From assembly GCA_030704615.1 (NCBI GenBank), contig CM060732.1, forward strand, positions 3,100,001 through 3,164,000: a stretch of DNA of 64,000 nt, written 5' to 3'. Below the pieces are notes generated by a model. That model saw only the letters and a list, made by a program, of their open reading frames with translations. It ran no database searches and had not been told where the DNA came from. How positions within the stretch are numbered: the stretch's first letter is position 1; each line of letters opens with the position of its first letter. A program made the position numbers and the translations under genes. Below, one piece after another: positions 11,800 to 24,008 of this stretch. This stretch comes from Takakia lepidozioides. Lineage: Eukaryota; Plantae; Bryophyta.

Positions 11800-14700
11800 T
11801 TATACACTCTCAGGGAAGGGCGTAGATGTCAAAGGTTCACACAATCCCAAGTAATCAGCACGCACTCCAGTGAAGCACCTCAGTCCCAATGACCGAAACT
11901 TGAGTAGCGCTGTAGGCACCAATTCCGCCTCCTCCAACGTCACAACCTCTCCACCTGACTGCAATGGCGACAGCACCACCCGACTTTTGCTTGTGATCGG
12001 CAGTGAGAGCTCAAATGGAGTACTGCCGTCAATCAGAGCAGATGCAACAAACTACAACCACCCGCCATCATATTGAACAGGTTAAGGTAGACACTAACAT
12101 TCAAACACAGTAACCTGGGGATACTTGGAAAAACTGGAGGCAAGTACAAGTAGTCTAGAAACCTGAGCTTTAATATACCTTAGGACCTGTCAGCCAGCAG
12201 GTTTTGAAAAGTGGGAGGTACGGAGGCATGCCTGATACAGGGCAGTGGTAGGCTCTTCTGGCAGAAAAAGGCCTTGCAAAACAACTCCATCAGGAAACTG
12301 AACACGGATGGTGGTTGCTTTGTATTGCCTTCGAGCTGCAAAAGCCTGCTTTTCTCTGTAGGACTTGGGAATCAGAAGCTGCCCGTCTTCCAGTTTCTTC
12401 TTGCGGGCTGTGGCTTCCATCTTCAATTCTGCTGCAGAGAGCACAAAAAATGACTCTGGAAGCTCAATTCTTCCAGCCTGATTGTCCTCCAAAGCGTAAA
12501 ACAGGCGCATCTGTTGTGCTCAGCCAGTTCACAACATTAATACACACAACACCCTCATGGTCAAAGAAGTTCAAGGGGCAGAACTTGTAACAATTCCAGT
12601 ATCGCTGCAAATTTAAGCGAACACATATGTCACACCCACTAGTGCCAATTTGTTGCTACCAGCTTAAGGGCATTGTAAGTCTGTGGGAGCATTACAGACG
12701 CCGAATCAACAGAAAACCACCTTTCTAGTGATCTCAGCAACTTGAGCCACATATATTAGTAATTTGAGGTTTGCTGGCACCAGACTTTTCCATTGTGTCA
12801 TGTTAACTAGATAGTTCAGACTCCAAGCCACAGCTCCCATATGCATACAGCATCAGGTAGAGAATAGAATGCAGTTTCACCCTTTTCCTTCCTGCAGAGG
12901 TCATGTGCCATTACAAGGATTAAGTGGTAGTAGGTAAGGGTAGAGCCCCTCTTACTGGTGACCTCACACAGTGGAGCATATGGCTATCTAGGAAGCTGAC
13001 TAAGATACTTCAATATTCTTAACTAGTTTATCAGATAACACATCTAAGAGTCTTAGTCCAACTCAGGCAAATGGTGATGAACGTCCAGTCATACCAGGCT
13101 GTACCTGACAACACCGATAAAGATCCTGAATTGACATTAAGGGGGGCCAAGTATGATACACAGAGAGCCAGATCTGAAGTCTTGGAAATTGGGAAGTTTC
13201 AGAAGGGTGCAGCATGCAGACTCCCAGACCTTTTCGGCTCAATGTGGACTGACACCTTCAACCCCACATCAAATTTTGGTGAAATAAACTCAAACAGGCT
13301 ATCTATGCATATTCTATCAAATCAATTTCTCCTTAAAAGAACCCTTGAAAGGTGCAAGCTGCATCAATCAACTACAGAGGTAACTGATTTGAAACCCTGA
13401 CTTCCTGACCGTCCTGATGGCTCTGCACCCACAATGCTTTTCTTGTGTCATTTTGCAAACAACATGTCTTTTGAGTCTTTAAGATCAAGGAAATCACCTG
13501 CCTATCAACCTTCTGGGGAACTGACCAGGTCGCATCAGAAAGCTGTTGAGATGATAATGATGTCACAGACGGTGTAGGCACAGAAACATGGGGTTCAAGC
13601 CAACCTATGGCTTGCACAATCCTCTCCATTTGGTTTTGAGAAGGGACGTCCATTACTGCCACAACCTCCTCTCCATCTGCTATCAAGTGAAACCCTACAC
13701 TCTCCAGAAATTCAACACCACCCAATGCTGTCCCTACTGTGTCACGGATGCTGGGATTCCCCAATCTCAATTTCCGAAATTTTTGAGCATTAGGATCACC
13801 CCTGATGTTGCGTAACAACCGCACAATAACATCCAGTGTGGCATTTGAGGGGGCCCCAGACAGAAGCATGCTTGCTGCTTCTCTGGATTCCTGTCTTGTT
13901 GTGTCCTTGATGTTAAAGCTCTCCCTGCTTGCTTTGTCCATGGGCCCTGTAGTTGAGGATGCCTCTTGCAATGAGACAGACTTGGCCAAGCACTCTTCCA
14001 CATGTGATGAGATTTCACCCTCTGATCTCCACCAGCTTTGGCAGATAGGGCACTGGAACTTCTTCTCCTGAGAAACCGCAAGTGATACTTAAATTGCAGC
14101 CAGCAAAGCTGAAGATTAATCACAGAGGACAATATGAATTGCATGCTAGATTTTCAAAAGCTGCCTTAGCAGCCTTGTGGAGCTGTCAGACAAACTATTT
14201 GCAGGGGTTTGAAAATAGGCATAAGCTACAATGCCACATACTATGCTACAAGAAGGCACAACCATCTAAATGCTTGGAGAATTTCGGATCCAATGCCTGA
14301 CATGGTGGCAACACTGCTGTGTCTGTCCTTCACATAAGATGCCCATACCCAAAGGCTCCCCATAATTTCCCAGGTTTCAAAGTGCTTGAAGAGATGCCAG
14401 GTGAAAGATGACAACTTTTCAAAATTTCAAACTCAGGTAATAAACTGCAAACAATTTTACTGGTCTTAATCGAATGCACACACTTAACTGACAGTAAACA
14501 TACCCTTCAAGAGCATAGGTCATATTTACCCCCAATGAAGAAACAAATTGACAAATCAATATATGCAGCTGGACAAACTTTCATGCAGTTGTGTTTTGGA
14601 GCACACCAGAGTTTGAGACTTGTTATAGCCCTTGTTCCAATTCTGCTGCCAATGTCTCTGGCTCACACGAACTAGGGTTCATTAATCCTGAGCACTTATG

Positions 14701-15348
14701 AAGTTCATAAGTACCCTGCGCTGGAAAGTCCCAGCCTCTATTCCCCACATCACCAATTTTACCCTGAGGTGACGTCCAATGACACGTCCAATGAAAAGCA
14801 CTGACCTGAGAGTAGAGTAGTCCCGATCCCTTTCTGGCCCCGATGACAGGACTGTAAGGATCAAATCCAGCAGATTCTGACGGTCTCGGTGCCAGGTCAT
14901 CTCCTGACATAAGGTTGGGGCTCTGAGAATCACCGGCCGCCCCTCTGTCAGATGACTGTATGGAGAGCTGGGCTTGAACTCTTGAAGAAAGTACACCGGT
15001 GGTTGCCATGGTCTCTCTACCGACTTCGACAGTTTCCCGGCCCTGAGGAAGACCTGGGCTTCTTTCTCTTTCCCACTTCTCTTGTTGAATCTTCTGCCAC
15101 TCGCCTTGTTGTTGCCGCTGCTGAGATGCCAGCTTTTGCAACTGCTTCTTCTCCGAGCCATCACTCCCCGGCGTCTTTGACGAAATGGTTGGAGCAGGCG
15201 CGCGAGAGGGCGTAGCAGCAGACATGGATGACGAAGAATTGTTCATAGATCCCAGCCGGTGGCCCTGGCCTTTGAACTTTGACGTGGTGGAGAAAGGGCT
15301 ACTAAATTTCTTTATGAACACTTTGGCCTTGTCTTTGATGTCATCCAT
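11800..15348 (-). CDS. PUX2: Plant UBX domain-containing protein 2-like (Zn finger, PUB, UBX; CDC48/p97 adaptor). Exons 15348-14806, 14067-13498, 12510-12232, 12051-11800; 547 aa
   Basis: N-terminus MDDIKDK..KFKGQGHRLG. FQCPICQ..HVEEC zinc finger. PUB domain (LLRNI..DP..KFRKLRLGNP..LESVGF). UBX domain (IRVQFPDGVVLQGLF.P.EPTTALY). All introns are phase 0, the third has a GC donor, and the frame is open to TAA at 11800-11802. Confidence 0.9.
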
Positions 15349-16201
15349 TATCTTTGTACCAAAACTACCTACCGGATTGCCTCCTGTACTTGCCCTCCTG
15401 ATCTCAGCCTGGGATGGATTCGGTGGTGCGAGGCTAACTTAGCTCCATGGCGCAATAACAATTTCCCTCTTCAGCTATAAACCACCGTCTTCTTCAGTTT
15501 GGTGAACGACTCACTGCTGGCTTAATCGCGTCCCTGTCCCTGCACTATCGAGTCACGGCAAGTAATAGAAAAGGCCCGGTTGTTGAATGCGCCCTCAGCG
15601 CCTGCGTGCCCCCGCTCGCCCGTCCCCTCGTCCCCGTGCGCGGCTCCTGCGCCGCCCGCGGTCGCCGCCAAGCCCTCCGCATTCAGCCCGGCCCACCCGC
15701 CCGTCTCCCCACTCCACCCCCCCATGAAATCCGTGATACATCAATCATGTAACACAGTCATCCATCATGCCTGTAGTACATGTTTCATGTAACACCACCA
15801 TTCCATCATGACCATGCTATGGACACATGGTGATACCTGGCTGGTCACACATGACTTTCAAAATTCAAATTTGAACTTCTAAAATGTTTTTTGTTTTTTT
15901 TTATCGACGTCGCCGTTCATACTATAATGAATGCATCTCCTATAGCGGATAATTACTTTCGTCTAGGTAATGGTCCACCTCTCTCCAGCGTCCCCCTCCC
16001 CCATCGTCGTCCTAAAATTGTCCTGTTACCACTCGTGCACCCTATATGACCCATGCATCCTCTGTGCAACTTCAATAATGCTTGAAGGATTGTCATGTCT
16101 ATACAAGACAAAAGTGAACACATTGTCCCCCATCTTGTCTGCAAACTTCGGAACCAACTGCAATTCCCGAACACAGGTGCTTTCAATCATCATGTGTTAC
16201 A

Positions 16202-17945
16202 ATGGCGTTACATAGCAAGCCTCCCGGTAAAGACAATGCGAAAGTAACATACATTCCATGGAGTCACGTGAATGATTTCATCACTGGGGAGTCCTCCCGT
16301 CCTGATGGACCACGCACTTTCCACAGACATCGCCAAAGAGGTTGTTCGGAGGGATCTCTCCTAACTCCACGCACAAACAGTGCCTTAAGTATGACAAGGT
16401 ACAACTTTGTGTCATCCATGTAATATGGTAGTATTCACTGTCTTCCTTGCATCTCTGAGTCCCCTTGCTCTGTTAATAACGGAAGGTGGATTGTGTCGTA
16501 GGTGTCACTGCTCAGTTTGCAAATATTGTCGAAGAGGCCGTATAATCCAGCTTCCCGTTTTCAGTATATCGTCGTCTTCTGCTTCCACGTCCATGCCCTG
16601 TACAGTACAGAGGACACGCTTCAGAACCTGCAAGAAATGCGCCGCAGTACACTGGACACGATGGACAACGTGCAAGGAGCATCAGTGCGCACGTTCGCGG
16701 CTGCTGACAAGTGGCAGACGGCAGGGATAAGGTTTGAATTCATGCCCTAAAAATGGAGGGCTCAGATGGGATTTACGAATGGACGGTCCAGATGCGGCAT
16801 CATCAGCGGACTGCATGAAAGCGGACTCATGGGTAGCGGATTGGCAGGGTGGTACAAGCCAGAGGACACGACCAGTGCCCTCTTGGAGATTAACTCCGCC
16901 ATGACAGCCAAGAAATGGCGAGCACAACTTGCCAAGAAGAAGGGGAGAAAACCAAGAGTCATGGGCACTTCTACTGAGCAGAAGCCAAAACAAATCAGGA
17001 CTACAAAAACCAAATGGGGGGAAGGTATCAAAAGGGGATGTATGTGTCGGTTGTAGTGAAGCAATGCCATATGGATCCTGAAATTACATAGATGGTCTAT
17101 TACGAGAAGAGACACGTCAATGGAGCTGGGGAGTTATGCCATGGGCATGTACATAAAAATGGACGTGTTGCACCATCTCCCCATGTCAGTGAAGAAATGA
17201 AAGCATGGGGATTGCACAACTTGCGGCTAGGAGTAAGCATCAGCAAGATAATGACGAAACACACACAGCGGGTAAGGGAAATGATAGATGTTGGGTTGGA
17301 GGTAAATCGTGACACCTTCCTCCTCTCATGGGACATTTGGAATATTGCCAACAAGTGTGATGAAGAAACATTTAAGAAGCACTCAAATGATGCACGTAGT
17401 GGCCCAATGTGGGTTGAGATGAACCCACTGAGTGTTTTCTACTACCAGGAAGAGTCCAATCACCCTACTTGGACTTCAAATGATTGATAACTGGACCTCC
17501 TATTCGTGCCGGTCATACAAACTGAATGGCCAAAAAAACATATGGTCAAGCACAGACATTCTCGAATAGTGGCGTCTGACGCTACTTTTGGGACAAATGA
17601 GAAAAAAGTTGGTTTCATTCTGAACCCCTGTGTATTTAAACGGCTTCAAATGCACTCTACATGATAAGATTTTTGTATTCCCTCGAGTCCAAAATGCATA
17701 TAAGAGTTTCTAACTTCTGTATTACATGATTGTCCTTGTAGTATCACTTGTACACCATAATGGTGTTTGATGAGTGGCTAAATGGTATTCCAGTCGCGTA
17801 CATTATCACGGCCAGGTGCAGAACCACGGATCTACTGCCTTAGATGGAGCATTAAACCAACAGATGAAAGGTGGAAAAATGGATTGGCGCCCCAATGCCT
17901 TCATGTGGACGACGCAGATGCAGAAATTGTTGCCATCAAGTACCT
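16202..17945 (+). pseudogene. Degenerate MULE-type transposase related to the plant SWIM-zinc-finger (AT1G60560/AT4G13970-like) family
   Basis: YIPWSHVNDFITGES, KRGCMC, HVNGAGELCHG, RDTFLLSWDIWN, VFYYQE, IQTEW, ASDATFGTN, VFDEWLNGIPVAYII, HVDDADAEI. Stops and frameshifts are present. Confidence 0.75.
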
Positions 17946-18060
17946 CCAGCATGAACATCACCATTGCTCTGTCATTGCCTCCATGTACAGATGTATTTCA
18001 CTATTTGAACCTAATAAAAAACAGATTTGTGTGGGGAAACGCTTTCCATTGTTTGATATT

Positions 18061-18280
18061 AACCCTCTCCGATGTATTCCACCACAAACTCTCCAACCAC
18101 TTCTGGCACACCAAAGTTGCATTAGACGCTCAAATATGATAGACCCTTAAATTCCGATACGACCAGTACATGGGCCACCAACGCAAATACACCTTCTGGC
18201 CAACCATATACCCCTCACCAAACTGCCCTCTGTGCTTCCACATCCACGCCACACGTGATACCTGGCTCCACCTTCTTAAC
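18061..18280 (+). mobile_element. LINE ORF2 C-terminal (zf-RVT-like) fragment, cut by E2
   Basis: Translates ..TLKFRYDQYMG...PNCPLCFHIHATRDTWLHLLN (CxxC...DTxxH) and ends exactly at the E2 terminus. Confidence 0.55.
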
Positions 18281-18496
18281 GGGGGCTGCTATTTCATGAG
18301 CGGCATTAGCATGAGCGGAAAAAAAAAAAAAACATGAGCGGACCATTGTGTGTCCACGGAAATAGGGTTAGGAGGCACGGAAATAGGGTCATTCGAAGCT
18401 GGAATGTGGCACCACTGGACTCGTCATAGCAATGAAATACAACATTTTATTACAAATTTTGTGGCAAGCCACATCTATACAAGTGTGTCCTAACTG

Positions 18497-21400
18497 TCAT
18501 AGCCGGAATGGGCACCCTACACCCTCTGAGGAACTTGCCCCACCTTCCTCCTCATCCCCCTCATCCCCCCCATCCTCTGAGCTTTAAGATGCATCAGTTC
18601 CACTATGCCTCTCAAAAATACCGTCCTCTCCTTGGGGGACTGTCCACCTCACCTCCTGGGAATCTTCTACCTCTTCTCCCCTACTTTCCTCAGCAGAATC
18701 CAAGACAAATCTACGAGCCTGACGGGCTCTAATAGCTGCTGCCTCCTCACCCATCTTTATTTTCTTGAGGCTTGCCTCGTCTAAAATCTGCTGTACACGA
18801 CTAGGTTCGGAAGACCTCCTAATGGACACCGAAGCAAGCCGGGCAACATAAGTAGGAAGGATGTAGTCCTTTTCTAGACTCGGCACAAAATTCCCCCTGG
18901 CAAAAAAAGCACGTTCCTCCTGCCCATGAATTGCGGTGTAGACGTCCCTCCTGCAGTACTTGGCATCCTGCAGTAAGAACAAATCCACTTTAAGAATGTC
19001 AATACCAACAGAAGCAAAAAATGGTCTTTCAATGAAATAAGAGAGCGAAAGGAGGTGCCTCACGAAATCAGGAGGCAACTTACAATGCGACCACTCACTC
19101 GTAAACCGGGGGCTCCTTGGCCTCGATCCCAACTTGTATCTCCCTCACCTCCTTCTCGGATTCTTCCTCATCCTCCGAGGATGCCTCTTCATCTTTCGGC
19201 AGACGTTCGGCCGCTGCAAGTTCGGAGTTGTGGAGGGCAGTATCTGGCTCGAAGGCGAAGACATGCATGTCGGACAACGTCCCTGCCCACATTGAAGCAC
19301 CTGAGGGACAAAGCGGGCGGTTAGTAGCATGCAGCATGCAATTGCAATCGGGCCAAGGGACAAACTGTGCACGTGAAGGCTTACCCGTGCCGCATGTGAG
19401 GTCAAGAATCCGCCCTTGGACATCCGAGCACGTCTCCATGAGGGTTTGGATGAAAACAGGGCTCCCGGTCCGGCTGTACCGCCACGGTTTGCCTGTCTTT
19501 GTGTCCTTCGGCATACTGGAGTGGGGCACATAGTCGTAGGTAACAGGGTCCACAGTGGCATCAACAAGACGACCGTCGTTGCGGAATTTGAAGGTAGACT
19601 CTCTCTTTTTAAAACAATATGCCTCAAACACCAATGTCTGCACATCCAACAAAAGAGGGATCAACTCCAAGGTCTACTTTAGATACACCACGATATGAAG
19701 TGAATGCAATAGATTGATAACTTACACTGGCCCTCTGTTCGCAACCCCTGCGTATTGATGCAGAACCATTTTTTGAGGAGGACCGGGGTGGCACTTTTCG
19801 GTGTCCACCTTGTCACAACATTCTCTATGGTCTTCCCTCTTGTGGCAAGGACCACCATACATCCACCGTCATCCAGGAGCATCCCCGCCAGCCCAAACCC
19901 GACTCTCCAGTAGTCCTCAGTAAACCTGTTCCAGGTGGGCACACCATCCAGGCCCTCCAGCAGCTCCCCATCTGGAATATCGAGGAGAATCATATCGCAG
20001 GCTCTCTCCACCTCACCCCCCCACCCCCCCCCCCCCCCCCGAGTGCTCTTGCAATCCGTGCTCACAGCCGTGAAGAATTCCATCATGGCTTCCAAACCAG
20101 GGGTGTCTTTAGGCTCTGTAGTAGCAGCCTTCTTCTTGGCTTTCCCCTTCAGCTCCTCCAGAGACTTACTGTGTGCCACCTTCTTCGCCATGGCAGCCAG
20201 AGCGTCAAGGAAGCTCTCATTGACGCATTGGATGATTGTTGGGGGTTCTAGCTTTGGCCTCTGCGGAAACGTCACCGCCGAATACCGCCTTTTTAGGCTC
20301 GCCCTCAAATGCCAACTTCTTGGCAGAGCCAGTCCTAGTCCGAACTGACTTGGGAACCCGGACGACCGGTGACTTGGTAGCAGTAGCAGCAGTTGCAGGA
20401 CCTTGCACAAAGTCGTCGTCGGAGTCACTCCCTTCGGGCCCCTCCTGCACCTCCTCTAGTGCCCTGGTGGTTTTCTGTTTTTTGGGGGTTACTGTACTCC
20501 TCTGTTTCCGTGTCATTTTCTTTTGTCATTTATTCTTCTCATTCAATTTCTCCTGAATACCTGTCTGGGCAAGCTCTGCCGCTTTCCTGGACTTGGCAAG
20601 CGCTTTCGCCTCCTTTGGACCCACCGGAGCTCGGTTTCGTCGGGCCTCAGCATCCAACTTCAATTGAAACTCGGATGCATCGAGCGAGCCGGGCGGAAGG
20701 TCCACATACCAAGGGCAGTCGCGCAAATGCTCCAGATGCCACTCCTTCACGATAACGTCAGTGTACATGGAGTCAGCTCCAGGGTTCCTCCATGCGAGGA
20801 AAAATGGCGGCTCGAAGAACAAATGACCTTTCTCCAACAAGTAGAACTTGTAGTACCTGGATTTAAGAAACCCACAGAGAATCAGGTCCCGGGAATGAGG
20901 TTAATTTTTCGAAATAAAATTGCAAAAAGGCGCCGAATTTCTATGCGGGGTGGGCCCGGCTCTCCGGGGTGTCGTGCAATGAAAGTGGAAATTCGGCGCC
21001 ATTTTTCCCGTGGGCGAGGGGGCCCATTCTGGGACTTAGCCGTTTTGGGGCCCACTCTAGAAAAATGGCACCGAATTTCCACTTTCTGGCTGGGGTGGCT
21101 GGCACCCATTCTGGAAATTCAGCGCCATTTTTCCAGTTCCGGGCCTAGCCAGTTCTGGGACTTAGCCATTTTCGGACAGAGCGTGGAAAAATGGCGCCGA
21201 ATTTCCAGCACCGGGCCCCAAAAATGGCTAAGTCCCGGGGGTGGCTGGCACTCATTCTGGAAATTCGGCGCCATTTTTCCAGTTCCATGCCCAGCCAGTT
21301 CTGGGACTTAGCCATTTTCGGACACAGCCTGAAAAAATGGCGCCGAATTTCCAGTACCGGGTCCCGAAAATGGCTGTCCCGGGGGTGGTTGGCTCCCATT

Positions 21401-22383
21401 CTGGAAATTCGGCGCCATTTTTCCAGTTCCAGGCCTAGCCACTTCTGGGACAGCCATTTTCGGACCTAGCCTGGAAAAATGGCGCCGAATTTCCAGAATG
21501 TGTGCCATCCGCCCCAGGGACTTAGCCATTTTTGGGGCCCGGTACTGGAAATTTGGCGCCATTTTTCCAGGCTGTGTCCGAAAATGGCTAAGTCCTAGAA
21601 CTGACTGGGCCCGGAACTGGAAAAATGGCGCCGAATTTCCAGAATGAATGCCAGCCACCCCCGAGACTTAGCCATTTTCGGGGCCCGGTGCTGGAAATTC
21701 GGAGCCATTTTTCCAGGCTCTGTCCGAAAATGGCTAAGTCCTGGGGGTGGCTGGGCCCATTCTGGAAAAATGGCGCATCCGCCCCAGGGTCCGAATCAGG
21801 AAATTTGGCGCCATTTTTCCAGGGACTTCTTCACAACCAATTTTCATGCGCCACATAAGGCGTCTTACATCCTGGAACTGTAGGGACTACAATGGCCACG
21901 GATCAAAGAGGAGCACCGCGTATCTACCTGTACAGAAGGCGCATTGCCGCTTTGTCCGCGTTCGGCTGGTCGGTGAACTCGTGGCTCCGACGCGCATGGG
22001 GTACTCTTGAAAGAATAGGTCGGTTTTGTAGAGCAGAAAGTACCTCGTCACATAGTCGCATAGGCTCTCTGTTTCACCAGAAATCTACAGCTTGAACTGA
22101 TGTGCTTGGGTGTCAAGCTGCTCTTGCGCATTCGTCGTCACCTGTGGAGATTCTCCATCAGACCGCATTCCTCAATAAATATAATAAATCCACCCGATAC
22201 AAGAGTAGAAGCGCCAAATGAAGCGTGGGAAAGTACCTGAAACCACCATGTCATGCAGTTCATCCACATGTCGAATGTGGGGTCAGACAGTTTGTCGGGT
22301 TTGGGGAAGCTCCACCGGGTCTGTCCAACCACCGTGCATATTAGTAAGCGCCAAACACCACAAAAACGAATTGTTGCCACAAC
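18497..22383 (-). pseudogene. E2 copy of the (ParB)-N4C/N6A-methyltransferase-like gene; 5' part including the ParB domain is missing
   Basis: CDMILLDIPDG (DIPD at 19970-19981), GMLLDDGGCMVVL, SPVFIQTLMETCSDVQGRILDLTCGTG|ASMWAG..HVFAFEPD. Exons are homologous to E1 (ARRSHEFT..KAAMRLLYR; EPPFFLAW..CPWYVD; DYILPTYVARLA..IRRSSEPS). The introns checked are at the same positions. Confidence 0.82.
20921..21820. repeat. E2 intronic array of about 13-14 copies of GGAAATTCGGCGCCATTTTTCC in alternating orientation
   Basis: Copies start at 20987, 21059, 21113, 21185, 21259, 21331, 21403, 21473, 21547, 21619, 21693, 21764 (partial) and 21799. A secondary motif GGGACTTAGCCATTTT lies between them. Confidence 0.93.
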
Positions 22384-23108
22384 TGTCGCGCACCTCACTT
22401 CGGTAAGCTCCCCTTCAAGTCATAATTACTCGCTTTGATGCGCGCGCCTAACTCCCAAACTGGCCGCCGGGCCAACTCAGAGCTTCGGCTGCTCACCGGG
22501 ACATAACGGTCCCCCTTTGCTCCTCCACAAGACCCTCTCTCAATTCGGGCATAGTGGAAATTCCCTTTGGTTGTTGGCAGTCCGGAACAGCTCCCCACAC
22601 CTTGGTCACTTTCCGGCTCGCTCGCTTACTCACTAATTTTTGGTCACCAACGGGCTTGCACCGTTCTCAGGGTTACTACTCCCTATATATACTTCTGTGA
22701 CTGTCCACGGGGGTTTCACAAACAACACCGTCCTTTTATGGCGAACCACCACGAAGACCCTCCATTCCCGGTGGTGAGTCGCGGTGAGTCTTGGCCCACC
22801 CACCACGGCCCCATTGGACCGTGATGAGTCCCAAGACTCCCCACGACTCCCACCACAAGGTCTCCGCCCCATGGTGAGTCCTATGTCACCCCCACTAAGT
22901 CCCACTAAGCTACCACCACCCCTCGTGGAACCACCCCCTCCGCAACCCGGTGCGTAGGGTTCCACCTAGTGAGCGCCTCTGCCTCCTTGAGTGCCTTGGG
23001 CACTCAAGGGTGCTTCATCCTCCGTATCTATTGTTGCCACTGCCCCCACCACAGGGGCATCCCCTTTTGTGTCCCAACCCCCTGCCCTCAAGGCAAAGGG
23101 CCGCAACA
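22384..23108 (-). repeat. G2 3' LTR
   Basis: TGTCGC...GCAACA, homologous to the G1 LTRs, with a PPT-like tract adjacent. Confidence 0.93.
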
Positions 23109-24008
23109 CACACCCCTACCAACAGGGAGTCGATGTCCTCATCGACTTGTCTATTTTGTAGAAACAAACATCCAAGTTGTGGCGTCCCACATCAAGGAGT
23201 TTGTTTCCGTACCATGGCGTCCCATGGCAAAGAACCAAACCCCCACTTGACTCTACTCTCCACTAGCTAGTTTGGCCAACTTCCTCCAAGTCCCAGCCAA
23301 GGGTGGAGCCTCTCAAGCTCCAGTGTACTTTTCTTGGCCATTTCAAGGCCAAGGAACGATCCTCCCCGAGGATCGAATTGCCTTACTGCAACAACATTGC
23401 TTGCGACCGCTCATGATGCCGCTTTTGGCATCACCTTGAGCAAGGGTTCACCTTGAACCCCCTTTTGACTAGGAAGATAACCTTGAATCAACCGTGCATC
23501 CCAATCACTACAATTGGGTCTGCCTTGGAATGCTGGCCTGAGGTACGGGAACACGCTGAAGCCGCACTACGACTTCGTCCCGAAGTTACACGATTATAGT
23601 ACGTGAACGGAAGCACGTAACTTCCGCGTTAGCCCGCACTAGAAGGCAAACCCCTCGGTAGCACAATTATAGTACGCGCACGCGCCAGGTGCGCACTAGC
23701 ACGTGAACTCCCAAAGAAGGCGCAAGTTTCCTTGCCCCTTGGATGGGAGTCACCCGATTTCGGCAGTGCACAAACACACGATTAATCCAATTTACCTCTG
23801 CCACTTTTGTAAGCTAGCATGCATTCTACACACTAGCCAACCATACCATGCATCACCATTCCAAGCAAAATAGGAAGCACAACATTTGGAAACCATTTCA
23901 TTTATAACAAAATTTGTACAACACAAGTTTTTGCAATCGGATTCCTGAGCTAGCTAAGCCGGACTAAGCATGCATTTCCTCCCCCACGCTCCAAGGTTGA
24001 TGTCCCCA

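Larger units (their letters stand above)
18281..22383. mobile_element. MULE family member E2 (left part only, truncated by Gypsy G2)
   Basis: Starts GGGGGCTGCTATTTCATGAGC like E1, with CATGAGC subterminal repeats. Carries a homologue of the E1 MTase gene and a motif array. Confidence 0.85.
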
